NCBI RefSeq assembly: GCF_009914755.1
Contig: NC_060935.1
Length of the DNA stretch: 64,000 nt
Strand: one strand, 5' to 3'
Source of the DNA: the human T2T-CHM13v2.0 reference genome, Homo sapiens
Shown here one piece after another: positions 1 to 16,829 of this stretch. How positions within the stretch are numbered: position 1 is the stretch's first letter; each line of letters opens with the position of its first letter. The notes beneath the pieces are model-generated. The model ran no database searches, was not told where the DNA came from, and was given only the letters and a program-made list of their open reading frames with translations. A program made the translations under genes and the position numbers.

Positions 1-210
1 GACTAGGCTGGGCAACATGGTGAAACCACATCTCTATAAAAAATTATCTGGGAGTGGTGACATGCACCTGTAATCCCAACTACTTGGGAGGCTGAGGTGG
101 GAGGATCACTTGAGGGGGAGGTGGAGGCTGCAGTGAGCCATGATCGCACCACTGCACTCCCTGGCTGACAGAGCGAGACTCTGTCTCGAAAAAAAAAAAA
201 AAAAAAAAAA
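1..210 (+). mobile_element. Alu (AluJ-like), cut by window start
   Basis: Alu linker, right monomer and poly(A) tail. Confidence 0.9.
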
Positions 211-243
211 CCCTGTGTGTCTATAATCAAAATGTAGAAATAC

Positions 244-337
244 CTTTAGTAATCGATGACACACTACAGTCTTCAGGTGGAAGACCTGTCCCACCATCCT
301 TCCAGTACGGATTCAATTCTCTTTCCATCAGTTTGGA
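244..337 (-). CDS. CWF19L2: CWF19L2 exon 6 ([31 protein letters not shown] + 1 nt)
   Basis: Acceptor TTGTTCTAG|TCC, donor AAG|GTATTT; 94 nt, phase 0-1; contains the [15 protein letters not shown] motif I recognise from CWF19L2; gene continues beyond window start. Confidence 0.94.
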
Positions 338-2656
338 CTAGAACAAATTATTTTCAGAGGTGAAATTTCAAAAAATTAACAAATTATAAAAAATTAACAA
401 ATAATAAATCTGAGACCCAGTTAATAGTCATAACCCTGGACAAATCATTTAAAACATTCTTAAGATATGCTGTTCTGTAACTTACAGGAAATGTCTAAAT
501 TCACATTCATTCAATGTTCTTATTTAATGCCTACTATATCTTAAAACTGTGCTAGTTGCAGAAGATTTAACTGTCAAAAATCCTGGTCAGCCCTTGCTAA
601 CTTTTAGTTCAGTATGGAACACAGACAATAAAAACAGACATGTACTTTGAAGACAGAAGTATACAGTACTGAGGATGCAAAAAGAATTCAAATCCCTCTC
701 ACAATAAAGGATCAAAGACTTCCTAGAGGAAGTAATATGTGCAGTCCAAGGATGAGCATAAATTAACCGCATTTTCTTTTTTTGTAGGGTAGGGAGTATA
801 AAGATGTTCCAGGTAGAAAGAATAACAGCACGTTCTTAAAACAACAGAGAAAGAGAAAGTGCAGCAGTTTCAGGAAACTTAGAAATAATTCTAATTGGCT
901 AAAACTGTGAGTGACTAATGACAAGAGATTATGTTGTAGAATAATCAGGGACTGGGCCACGTGAGCCATTTTGAACTGCTATGAGGGTTTCATGCTGGGG
1001 CCAAAAGAGACTCATGAATGTGATCAGCTTCATATCACACAAAGAGCAAACTGGGCTCAGCATGGAGGAAAGTCTGGAGAACAAGATCAGAGGCACAAGT
1101 TCAGTCAGAAGGCTGTGGCAGTAATCCAGGCAACAGATGATAGTAGCCTAATCACAATGCAAGTGTCTCCTGTGTTCTAAGCACGATGCCAGGCACTGGG
1201 ACTGTAATGTGTGACGCGGCCATGGTCCTTGCCATTAAATAAATTATGGTCTAGAGAAGGGGGAAAGACAATCAAGCAATATAAATATAGGTATGTGAGA
1301 TCAAAGTAAAGGGTGCTAAAGAACTACATACTAATGATACCGAAGTTGACCCTGGGAGTGGGGGGTTAGAAAATGCTTCCTACAAGAAGTAATAATGGCA
1401 AGAGGATGGCAAGAAATGGAACGAGCTAAATGTTAGGAACTTTAGTTTCCAGGAATACAATATACTACTGAAAATTAAAATGCTCTGTAAAATTTGTTTT
1501 TAAAAGGGCTTTTTTAAATGTATCCATGAGCTGACGAAAAAGAACCTTCAAAGGACAAAATTTAAGTTAAAGTTTAACCTAAAGGGATATACAAAACCAT
1601 ACAGATTTGATTTCTTAGTTTGTATCAAAAAAGGTTCTGTCACCTCCCTTGTTAGTTTACCACAAAATCTTTCAATATCTATAGTCAAGGAATTTCTTCC
1701 AATGGTCTTAAGACTCTCAAAAATATACACATAAGATACTCAACAGGACAAAAAAGGCTAGAATTGCATACTGAGGACAATTGACAAGAGGCTAGACAAA
1801 TTATGAGATACTATCTGAAAATGTATAAAAGACAAAGGATTGAAAACATAAATAACTTCTATAAATCAGTTAGAAAAAGACAAACAACCCTGGTAGAAAA
1901 GTAAGCAAAAAACATAAATGAGCAGCTCCCAGTACAAGAAATCTGAATGACCAAAAAACATGAAAAGACCTCTCTGGTAGCAATCAGATAAATGCGAACA
2001 AAAACAATGAAATACCATTTCTCACCCATTTATTAGGCTGATAAAAAAATATATAAAGTTTGACAATTACAGATACTGAGTACTGGAAAAGAAACATATG
2101 CTCCTGGTACAGTATAAATTGGAATTCCAGATTACCAGGATTGTGTGATGCCCCTAGGAAAGTCATCAGCTTCAGCACTTCCTTACTTCTCTGGATTCAT
2201 GCTTTTGCCTCATTTTTTGGTCTCTACAGATTTCCTATTGCTTCCTTACTAGCAAAGTGACAACAATAAAGTATAAAATAAGCATGCTTATTTTACATTA
2301 TATCCACCAGAATTTCTAGATGTCTTGAAATGGAAGTATTTTCATGGTGTCTAATTCAGTATGTACACTGAAACAAAAATTGAGTGAGTTCACTTTCAAT
2401 TTAATGATATTAAACTCAATATTCACTCAACTTTATATATGCCCTAGATTTATAAATCTAGTAAACCTTTAAACTCACTTCCTATAGGAAATTTATTTTT
2501 CTTAAACTGATGTATTTCATAGTTGTTCTCACTAATTGTATTAAATACTATAAAAAATAAAATGGTATTTTACAAGTTAAACTGCATTTATATAAATGTC
2601 TTGTAAGTTTATTAAAGGTAAATTAGAAAGTTAAAGCATTTCAAATATTCTCTTAC

Positions 2657-2776
2657 CTGTTCAAGCGCTTGGTTTTTCTCTTGCTCTATTTTCCTCATAG
2701 TTTCCTTTTCAGCTTTGAGTGATGATGATGACACAGTTTTAACAGACATAAAATCAACAGTCATCCACTCATCCCT
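2657..2776 (-). CDS. CWF19L2: CWF19L2 exon 5 (RDEWMTVDFMSVKTVSSSSLKAEKETMRKIEQEKNQALEQ)
   Basis: Acceptor T-run-AACAG|AGG, donor CAG|GTAAGA; 120 nt, phase 0-0. Confidence 0.94.
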
Positions 2777-3553
2777 CTGTTAAAAAAAAAGACATAAAAT
2801 CAACAGTCATCCACTCATCATTTCAATCTGAACTGATTAGAATTTAATAAACACTTGGTAATAAGAGCAGGGACTTTGGAGGCAATCAAACCTGAAACAA
2901 GTCCTACATGGCTATATAACTTGAAGCAAGCTTCTAAATCTCTCTATACTTTAGTCTCTCCTCTATAAAATGGTATAAAATCCCTACCTTTCAGGATTGT
3001 TTTAAAGAGTAAACAAGATAACAGATCTAAAGCATCCAGCCCAAAGCCTGGCACACAACAAGCAATCAAACTTAGTTCCTGTTCACCTTTCTTCCTTCAC
3101 CTGTGGCTAACAGTGGACAAATTACATTCTTCCTGAGGCAGATGAACTATAGCCCAAAATTTTTGAACTATTCAACTGTTAAGTATTGTTAAGAAAATTA
3201 AGGCATGAGGTGAAGGGAAAAAAAACTGTGATGGAACTCCACTCACTATAGAAGGGTCAGACAGAGATACAGTATAAGGCTTTAGGGACATAAGGGGAAA
3301 GTGCCACTTCTTATCAACAATCAAAAGCATGAAAGCCTCTAAGGAACGAGAATAGAGAGGAACACTCACTTTCTCACAGTAGAAGGGGAAGGGGGTTCTA
3401 AACATTCAGCAAACAGCATTACTGCCAAAATTATTCCTAAAGTATATTGTTTTCAAAGTCTAATTGTTCTCCTGAAGAAATTTTAATCATCTTTCATTTT
3501 CATATTCATTTATTCTCAAAAGTTGATACTTTTTTCTTTAAAACCAAGTGATA

Positions 3554-3844
3554 GGCCAGGTGCAGTGGCTCACGTCTCTAATTCTAGCACTTTGGGAGGC
3601 TGAGGTGGAAGGATTGCTCAAGCTCAGGAGTTTGAGACCCAGTCTAGGCAACATAGGGAGACCCCAACTCTACACAAAATAAAAAAATTAGCCAGGCGTG
3701 GTGGCACACAACTGTGGTCCCAGCTACCAGGGAGGTCGAGGTGGGAGGATTACTCGAGCTTGGGAGGTCGAGGGTGCAGAGAGCTCTGATTGTGCCACTG
3801 CGGCCCAGCCTGGGCAACAGAGTGAGACCCTGTCTCTAAAATGA
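3554..3844 (+). mobile_element. Alu (AluJ-like)
   Basis: GGCCAGGTGCAGTGGCTCAC start, dimeric; tail runs into purine microsatellite. Confidence 0.9.
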
Positions 3845-4085
3845 ATGAAAGAGAGAAAGAGAGAGAGAGAGAGAAAGAGAAAGAAAGAAAGGAAGGAAGG
3901 AAGGAAGGAAGGAAGGAAGGAAGGAAGGAAGGAAGGAAGGAAGGGAGGGAGGGAGGGAGGGAGGGAGGGAGGGAGGGGGAGGGAGGGAGAGAGGGACAGA
4001 GAGGGAGGGAGGGATAGAGAGGGAAGGAGGGAGGGAGGGAGGAAGGAAGGAAGGAAGGAAGGAAGGAAGAAAGCAAGGAAGGAAA
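3845..4085 (+). repeat. Compound polypurine microsatellite (GA)n/(GAAA)n/(GGAA)13/(GGGA)n/(GGAA)7
   Basis: Read directly; GGAA runs at 3891-3942 and 4041-4068. Confidence 0.97.
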
Positions 4086-4103
4086 ATCAAGTGGCTTGCT
4101 TAC

Positions 4104-4214
4104 CTTGATAATTTGGGTGTCATCTTTTCCTGACTTTTCATCTTTCACTTTCCAGGCTTTTTCCTTGTCAGGAGTCTGGGATGGAACAGCCTCAACCCAC
4201 TCATCTTCAGAGCT
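4104..4214 (-). CDS. CWF19L2: CWF19L2 exon 4 (SSEDEWVEAVPSQTPDKEKAWKVKDEKSGKDDTQIIK)
   Basis: Acceptor TTCTTAG|AGC, donor AAG|GTAAGC; 111 nt, phase 0-0. Confidence 0.94.
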
Positions 4215-4299
4215 CTAAGAACATTTAGCATATAAGTGAAATTGTCAAATTTGCATACTTTGATATAAAAATTCTGTGCTGTTAAGTGGTAGAAATTCA

Positions 4300-4739
<440 letters not shown>

Positions 4740-4939
4740 TTATTATCAAGCCAAGAGAAGGCAAAAAAACAAAAATGGGAACTGCCAAGTAGAGACCTCA
4801 CTTCAGCACAGAGCTTCAGTGACTACCAACGTCAAGTAGTTACTCACATCTCTGCTTCACTAGAACAGGGGAAACACCACCCAGGTAAACGAATTTGCTG
4901 TTTGCCCCTAAGTTTCACATTTTGAGATTTCCCTTGATC

Positions 4940-7900
<2,961 letters not shown>

Positions 7901-9229
7901 CTTTTTCTACTCTTTCAATAGCACTAGTCAGAAACTTTTAAGCAGCAACCTATACTCATTTTCACAATTATGCACTCACTCACCTTACCACTTCAGCAAA
8001 ATTGATGCTCCCCATGCTACGACTTCAGTTCTCTTGCTAATTTTAGTTTCAATCTCCATTTTACCTTGAACTCATTAACTATCAAGCTTAATACGCCTCC
8101 TGACCTAACACAGCCTTCAGGGCTCTCCTTCTCTTGTGCAGCCTGCAGAATTAACCACACCTCTAATTCTATCTAGTGGTCAAAACCTAGAAGGTGGAAC
8201 TAAGACAGAAAAGTGCTACCAGCAAAACTCAAGGGATCTTGAGGACTTCTGCTTCTGTCCTTGACAAAATAAATGGCATCAAACTAGAAATACATACAAA
8301 TTGGAATAAAAATGAAACTACAATCTCTACAGCTTTTTATCTAAAGGCACTTTCTAGACTGTGGCATAGAGGGGTAACCCAAGCAGAACATGAAAATCTC
8401 ACTGAGCAAAGGAAACGGAATTTGAACTTTGTGAAGGCTGAAACAAAAGTACAGATGGGAAGTTACACAGAGAAAGGGTGCCAGAAATCTACTTAAAGGA
8501 CCCCTGGAGTCTTTAAAGAAAGACCAAGCTGAACATGCTGAGGATGAGAGTCCACAAGGTCAGGCAAAGAAAAATTACCATGGAGAAAACAATTACCAAA
8601 GAGCTGTAAGCAGAACAATCCCCAGAGCTCACAAAGGGCTGGAAGACATTCTAGTTCCTCCCAACCAGAATAAAGAAACCTCGCTGAACATCCATGACAA
8701 TCAGCAGAGAACCCACAAGGGTCATGCCTTAGTAGAAAGGCTAAACCAGTCCTAGAGTAAAGCTATTCTAGGTGCATACGAACAAAACTTAAAAACAATC
8801 CTTGAAAAGGATTAAGCTAATTCACAAGTAATTAACTGTATGCCAAAAGGAAACTCAATACTCTCTGAAGAAGTCAACAAAATCCAGCAGTCACAATATA
8901 AGTTTCATAGGGTTCAGCATCCAATTAAAAGTTACTAGACATTCAAAGAAGCAAGCAAATGTGACCCATATTCAAGAGAAAAATCATTTAATTGAAACAG
9001 AACAGGAAAAAACAAGAGAAAATGAAACAGCAAACCAAGACTTTAACACAGCTATCATAAATATGTTCAAGGAAGGGAAAATGTAAAGATAATGAGGAGA
9101 TAAACTGAAAAACATTAGAAAGATCCAAACGAAACATCTAATGATAAAAAAAAAATACAGTACCTGAAATGAAAATGTCACTGGATAGGGATAACAGTAA
9201 GCTAGACACAGCAAAAGAAAAGGCCAGTC

Positions 9230-9532
9230 GGCCAGGCGCAGTGGCTCACACCTGTAATCCCAGCACTTTGGGAGGCTGAGGCAGGCAGATCACGAGGTCA
9301 GGAGATCCAGACCATCCTGGCCAACATGGTGAAACCCCATCTCCACTAAAAATACAAACAATTAGCTGGACGTGGTGATGAGCACCTGTAATCCCAACTA
9401 CTCAGGAGGCTGAGGGACGAGAATCACTTCAACCCAGGAGGCGGAGGTTGCAGTGAGCTGAGATCACGCCACTGCACTCCCGCCTGGCAACAGAGCGAGA
9501 CTCCGTCACAAAAAAAAAAAAAAAAAAAAAAA
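9230..9532 (+). mobile_element. Alu (AluSc-like)
   Basis: Full dimer, TSD AAAAGGCCAGT. Confidence 0.92.
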
Positions 9533-9773
9533 GGCCAGTAAACCTGAAGCTCACGACATAGCAATAAAATATACCCAACCCAAGGCATAGAAAGGAAAAA
9601 GGCTAGAAAGTAAGTGAACACAGGCTCATCAACCTGTGAGACATTATTTTAAGGAGACTACCAAAATGAGAGGGAACAGAAAAAAAAAATACTTCGAAAA
9701 AAGCCTGAAAGTTTCATATTTGATGGAAACTGTAAACTCACAAATCAAAGCAGCACAATGAACCTAAGGCAGA

Positions 9774-10104
9774 TGCTACACTCTGAATGTTTGTGTCCCC
9801 CACCAAATTCTTATGTTGAGATCCTGACTCCCAAGACAATGATAATAGGGGCTGAGGCCTTTGGGAGATGACTGGGAATGGGATTAGTGCCCTTATAAAA
9901 CATAGCCCAAGAGCACTCCCTTCTGCCATATGAGGTTAGAGTGAGAAGACAGCCATCTCTGAGGAACTGAACCCTCATCAGACACAAAGTCTACCAGCGC
10001 CTCGATCTTAGACTTTCTAGCCTCCCAAACTGTGAGAAATAAGTTTCTGTCATTTATAATCCACCCAGTTAGTTTTGGTATAGCAGCCCAAATGAACTAA
10101 GACA
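9774..10104 (+). mobile_element. MaLR solo LTR (MLT1A-like)
   Basis: TG...CA termini (TGCTACACTCTGAATGTTTGTGTCCCC...AACTAAGACA), TSD GCAGA/GTAGA. Confidence 0.8.
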
Positions 10105-11285
10105 GTAGAATAAACACAAAGAAATCAATACCAAGACATATCACAATTGATTCACTGAAAAATAATGATGAAAAAAAAAGCCCTAAAAGCATCCAGAATA
10201 AAAAGGCACACTACATACAGAGAAAAAATATTACAATGACTACAGAGTTCTCAATATGTACAATGCAAACCAGAAGACAATGGGATGACATTTTACAGTG
10301 CAAAAAAAAAAAAAAAAAGAAAACACTATAAACTTAAAATTCTTTATCTAGCCAAGTATCTGAAAAATGAAGATTGCTAGTAGGAACTTCTGAGTTTGTG
10401 GTAAAAGAAAAAAAGAATGAAGATGAAATAAAAGAAATTTTCAAACAAAAGCTGAGAGAATACAATGTCTGCAAATCCATATTATAATACATGTTAATGA
10501 AAGTTCTACAGACAAAAGGAAAATGGTATTAGACAGAAATTCAGACCTACATAAAATAATAAAGAATATCAGAGATGATAAATCTGTGGGTAAATATAAA
10601 AGACTTTCTTCATATGTGTAACTTATTTAAAAGATAACTGACTAAAGTATAAATAAAAAGAATGTATGACATTAAAAATTATAAACAATGTGGGTTTATA
10701 ACATATGTAGAAGTAAAATATATGACAACAATAGCAAAAAATATGGTAGGAGAAAATGGAAGTATATTTTGGTGAAAGTCTAATTATAAAAGTAAAATTA
10801 TATATTATTTGAGAGTATGGTAAGTTAAAATATGCATAAGACTTAAAGCAGTCATTAAAAATAAATAAGGTATACCTAATAAGCCTACAGCAGATGAAAT
10901 GGGATGCTAAAAAACACTCGATCCAAAAGACAGGAAAAGGAAGGAACAAAGGAAAAAAGAACAAAGAAAAAATAGAAAAGGAATAACAACATGGTAGACT
11001 TAAACTCATCCATATCAATTATTACATTAAACATAAATAATCCAAACCAGTACTATTCAAAGAATTTTTCTATATACTGTCCAATATAGTAGCCACATAA
11101 ATTTGGCTGATATAATTTTAATGAATTTTAACAAAAAATTTAAAAGCCATAAACAGCTAACAGATTAGAGAGCACAAAAAACATCTAATTGAAAAGTAAG
11201 AGACGTGAGCCAAGATTGCGGCACTGCACTCCAGCCTGGGTGACAGTGTGAGACTCCATCTCAAGAAAAAAAAAAAAAAGGAAGA

Positions 11286-11701
11286 GGCCAGATGCAGTGG
11301 CTCACATTTGTAATTCCAGCACTTTGGGAGTCCCAGGTGGGAGGATTGCTTAAGGTCAAGACTTTGAGACCAGGCTGGGCAACATGGCAAAACCACATCT
11401 CTACAAAATATATATAGATCATAGGCTAGAATATAAAATGTCTCAAAAACTTTTTAACAACTGAAATTATACAGAGTACAATAAAATAATAATTAAATCC
11501 AAAGTCAATAACCAAAAAAACCTAATAAAATCCACAAATATCTGGAAATTTAAAAACTCATATATATATATCCTGGACGTCGAAGTGCACACCTGTAGTC
11601 CCAGCTTTCAAGAGGCTGAGGTGGGAGAGTCACTTGAGCCCCAGGGGTTGAAGCTGCAGTGATCTACTACACTCTAGCCTGGGCAACAAAGCAAGACTCT
11701 G

Positions 11702-11733
<32 letters not shown>

Positions 11734-11740
11734 ATAAAAA
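11286..11740 (+). mobile_element. Alu (AluJ-like) with ~160-bp insertion in its central linker
   Basis: Left monomer 11286-~11410, right monomer ~11574-11702, (TCAA)n tail; a short Alu 3' fragment lies at ~11200-11280. Confidence 0.85.
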
Positions 11741-13873
11741 AGAAGAAATTGATAGGCGAGATAAAAAAGCAAGACCCAATTATACACTGCTTACAAGAAA
11801 TACACTTTCAATATATAAAAAAGGTACATTAAAACTAAAAGAATTTTAAAAAGACGATGAAAACACACAAAAAAAGAAAACTGAAGAGGCTTTATTAATA
11901 TGAGATACAAGAGACTTCAGACAAGAGTATTACCAAAGATAAAAACGAAAACTTCGTAACAACAGTCAGTTCATCAAGGAGCTGTCTATGTACCTAATAA
12001 AGCTTCAAAATTACATAAGGCAAAAACTGACAAAACTGAAAGCAGAAATAGGTAAAATCCACAAAACAATTAAGAGATTTCAATACTATTTTCTCAGTAA
12101 CTGACTGAACAGGTGAACAGAAAATCATTAACACTAAACTTAATACTATTAGTCAACTTTCCCTAATTGACATTTATAAAACACTATACCTAACAATGGC
12201 AGAATACATACTCATTTCAAATACATATGGAATTTTCACCAAAATAGATCATAGGCTAGAAAATAAAATGTCTCAAAAACTTTTTAAAAACTGAAATTAT
12301 ACAGAGTATAACATAATAATTAAAATCAAAGTCAATAACCCAAAAAAAAACTAGAAAAATCCACAAATATCTGCAAGTTTAAAAACTCTTATATATCCAT
12401 GAGTAAGAAAAAGTAAAGTAAAAAATATTTTGAATGGGACAGCAATGAAAATATAACATCAAAGTTACGTAGAGATACAACAGTGCTATGAGAAAATTTT
12501 ATAAAATAAATACACGTTAGAAAAGATTTCAAATCAGTGGCGATACATTCATCTTAGAAAGTTAGAAAAAGAAGAGCAAATTAAACACAAAGTATTCGCA
12601 AAGAATAAATATAGTTTAAATCAATGAAATAGAAAACACACAACCAGAGAAAATTCAAGGAAACTAAAAGGCAATAAAGAAAGATTAATAAAACTGATAA
12701 GCCTCAAGACAGACTGACAGAGGAAACAAACAGAAAATAGAAATTACCAAAATCAGGGATGAAAGAGGGGTATCACTATGGATTCCGTAAACATTAAAAG
12801 AACAAAGGAAATATTACAAATAACTTTATGACAATAAATTTGACAATTTCTATGGAATAAATTCCCAGAAAAACCGAAATTACTAAAACTAACTCAAGAA
12901 TAAACAGAAAGTATTTAACACAACTATTAAAGGAATTAACTCTGTCGTTAAACCCATTCCACAAAGAAACTCCAGGACCAAACCGTTTCACTGGCAAATT
13001 TTAACACTTATAGATGCAAAAAAAGCACTTACCAAATTCAATACTCATTCAAGATACAAACTCTCAGAAAACTAGAAATAAAATGTCATTTCCTTAATCT
13101 GAAAAGGCATACATGAAAGTCCCACAGCAGACATCATGCTTAAATGTAAAAACCTGAATGCTTTGCACCTAAGATAAGGAAAAAGGCAATCATGTCCACT
13201 CTCACCACTTCCATTCAACACTATTTTTAAGTCCTAGCTACTGAAATAAGGCAACAACAATTAACAAATAAAACAGGCACAGAGACTGAAAAGAAAAAAG
13301 TAAAAGTCTTTTTCACACATGACATACCATTTACCTAGAAATCCTAAGAAATCTACTAAAAAAGCTACTAACACTAGTATTAGTAATTTTAACATGGTGA
13401 TAAGAGGCAAGGTGAATATATCAAAAGCAGGTTTTTTTTCACTTTTTTCTTTTTTTTCTGATCCTAATGTTTCAAGTCACTTCTATAATTACATACTAGC
13501 TGTAAACACATTTAATTTAAAATTCCACTCACGATAGCACTTCCAGAAAACAAAATGGAAAAAAAATAACAAACGACATGTAAGATCTCTACACTAAAAA
13601 TTTCAGAACATTGTGAGAAAAATCAAAGACATAAATGGATAGAGAGATGTACCAAGTGCATAATGGATTGAAAGAATATTTTAACATATCTATCTCCCTA
13701 AATTCCTTCCAATAGGGAAAATTCAGCCTTTTCAACAAATGATGCTAGAAAAACTGGAAATCCACGTGGGAAAAAAATAAACTGACACTACACAACATAA
13801 ATAAAAATTATTAATGGATTATAAATAAGCAAAAAAGCCAAAGCTATAAAACTTCTAGGGAAAAAAAATAGGA

Positions 13874-14278
<405 letters not shown>

Positions 14279-14434
14279 TCAGATTTCACAAAGACATGGA
14301 ATGCCCTATGGGGACTTAAAATGATGCTCTACATCCTTGTTCTTCAGAGAAATATCACACGAGACATTACACAGTAGAATAGCTAAAAATTACTAAGACT
14401 GACAATACCAAGTACTAGCAAGGATGTGGAATTC

Positions 14435-15385
14435 CTTGGTGACTCCTAGTGCTAAACTTGCCTCAGAGCCAATGGACAGGTGGTTGGGGGGCAACTGGTG
14501 CAGCTAAGGGAGTGCTTACACCACCTCTCCCCCAACCCAAGGCTGCACAATGTGCAGCTCCAAAAGAGACCCTGTCCTTCTGCTTGAGGAGAGGAGAGAG
14601 AAGAGTAAATACAGGACTCCATCTTGCATCTTGAATACCAGCTCAGCCATAGCTGGTAACCACTAAAGAGCCCTTAGGCCCTGAATAACCAGCACCAATA
14701 ATCGGGTACTACACTGTGGCCTTCACTGTGTATCTGAGACTTGCTGGATTCAGGTGAGACTCAGCACATTCCCAGCTGTGGTGGCTATGGGGAGAGCCTC
14801 CTTCTGCTTGAGAAAAGTAAAGGGGGCTCTGTCTTGCGCCTTAGGTACCAGCTCAGCCACAGGGTGGTAGAACACCAAGAGGGATCTTGGGGTCTCCAGC
14901 CCCACGCCTTGGCTCTTGGATAGCATTTCTGGATCTGCCCTGGCCCAGGGGGTGCCCACTGCCCTGAAGGGTGAGTCCCAGGCCGGGCAGCTGACTGAAG
15001 AGTTCTTGGGCCTTAAGGGAACATCAGTGGTAGCCTGCCAGTACTACCTGTGGGTCTATGGTGGTGGCTACAGGGTGAGGCCCCTCTGCCTGTGAAAAGG
15101 GAAGAGTGGGAAGGACTGCCATTCATAGGTTGAATGCCAGCTCAGCCACAGTTCAATAGAACACCAGGTACAAGTCTAAGGTTTTTGACGCCAGTACCTG
15201 GGTCCCTGATGGCACCTCTGGACCCACCCTCAGGCCTGGGGGAACTTGCCACCCTGAAGGGAAAGACGCAGGCCTGGCTGGCTTCATCACCTGCTGATTG
15301 CAGAGCCCCAGGGCCTTGAGTGAACACCAGCTGTAGCCAGGTAATTGTTACAGCAGGCCTTGGGCAAGATCCAGTGCTGTGCTTA
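14435..15385 (+). mobile_element. L1 5'UTR fragment (L1M1/L1MA-type)
   Basis: GC-richer segment with internal repeats (TACCAGCTCAGCCAC, GCCCTGAAGGG) typical of old L1 5' UTRs. Confidence 0.6.
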
Positions 15386-15613
15386 GCAATAATTCCCAAA
15401 TCATATCCCTATCCTCTTAGCCTTTCTCTGAAATTCAAGATCAACATTTCCAATATTTTCTGGACATCTCTAAGTAGATGTATCCCAGATATTTTCATAT
15501 CATAACTAGTAATATATTTTTTACGTTTTCTTGTATTTTAACTTCCCATAAGTTACACATTCAAATAAAATGTTCTCAAATAGCTGCTTTGATTAATTTT
15601 AGTACATACTTAC

Positions 15614-15736
15614 TGATGAGCTATCAGATGACTCATTGTTTTTTTCATATTTCTGTTTCTTGCTCTTTTTTTTCTTTTCTTTCTTTGCTTTTTTTGAATG
15701 CTTGTCTTTTTTCTTCTTTTTCTTCACAGAGTGTTC
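15614..15736 (-). CDS. CWF19L2: CWF19L2 exon 3 (EHSVKKKKKKDKHSKKAKKEKKKKSKKQKYEKNNESSDSSS), Lys-rich
   Basis: Acceptor TTGTAG|GAA, donor TCA|GTAAGT; 123 nt, phase 0-0. Confidence 0.93.
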
Positions 15737-16164
15737 CTACAATCATTTTGAACAGGCAAGAAAATAATTTAATTTCATCTTAATTTAAAAGGATGTATTC
15801 TGAGAGAAAAAAAATAAACCACATTCTAAAAAACTTTCAATCTCTGATGAAATAAGACCAAGAATATGTCTAAATAAATAAAATCTTTCAGGAAATCTTA
15901 ACACACCTTCTATAATATATGCACTATCAATAAATCATATAACTGAGACTTCTTACCAGAAAAATACTGGGAAAATTTTGGCTTTATTTGTAGATTAATG
16001 TGACAAATATAATCAAATAAACACATATATACACAAACATGTATACATGCATCTATACACACACAAACACACATACATATAATATCCCTCTATGGTCTCC
16101 CCAAAAATTTATACAAGACTATTAGGCCATAAAAAATATAACAAGATAGCACAAATTAAAATTA

Positions 16165-16480
16165 TAGGAAGAGGCTAGGGGAAGGAGCAAGGATAGGGAA
16201 AGGGAAGATGTTGATCAAAGGGTACAAAGTTTTCATGACACTAGAAATAAGTTTTAGTGATCTATTACTGATGACCACATTTAATAATAAGGTATTATCT
16301 ATTTCAAAGCCATTGAAGAACAGACTTTTAACGTTCTCACCACAAAAAAATAAGTTGATGAGGTGATGGATATGTTCATTAGCTTGACTGAATCTTTCTA
16401 TAATGTATACATAGATCAAACCATCACACTCTAACCCATAAATTTACACAATTATTATTTGTCAATTAAAAATAATTTTT
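16165..16480 (+). mobile_element. L1MA-type 3' end
   Basis: L1MA 3'UTR-like motifs (TCAAAGGGTACAAAGTTTT, TTCTCACCACAAAAAAATAAG, GTCAATTAAAAAT). Confidence 0.7.
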
Positions 16481-16829
16481 AAAAAAATTATAGGAAAACA
16501 GGCTTGAGACCTAAAAAAATAAAATAAAATAAATACATAAAGCTTAAAATGCATAAATTTTTAGGCCTATAAGCTTGCTATAGTGGGCCAGAAATTTGAA
16601 GCTGTCTTCTACTAGCCAAACTCAAATAACAAAACTTGAGTCATAATGTCCAAAATATTACAATATCTTACCTCTGCCAAAGAGATGAAACTATTCAGCA
16701 ATGCCAACTATGTGATATTCATTTTGTAACTTATGAAAACATTCTATAAAATTATTCATCCAATATTAACTTGAATACGTGCAAAAAAGGACAGATATCC
16801 TTACATCACGTAAACCTGTTAGTATTCAC

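Noticed and set aside
370-402. 15-bp repeat AAAAAATTAACAAAT upstream of the exon 6 acceptor
   Set aside because: Low-complexity A-rich slippage; no evidence of function
3750-4148. ORFs of 84-132 aa with PSFL or EGRK repeats
   Set aside because: Translations of the microsatellite and Alu; only 4104-4148 is real coding sequence (exon 4)
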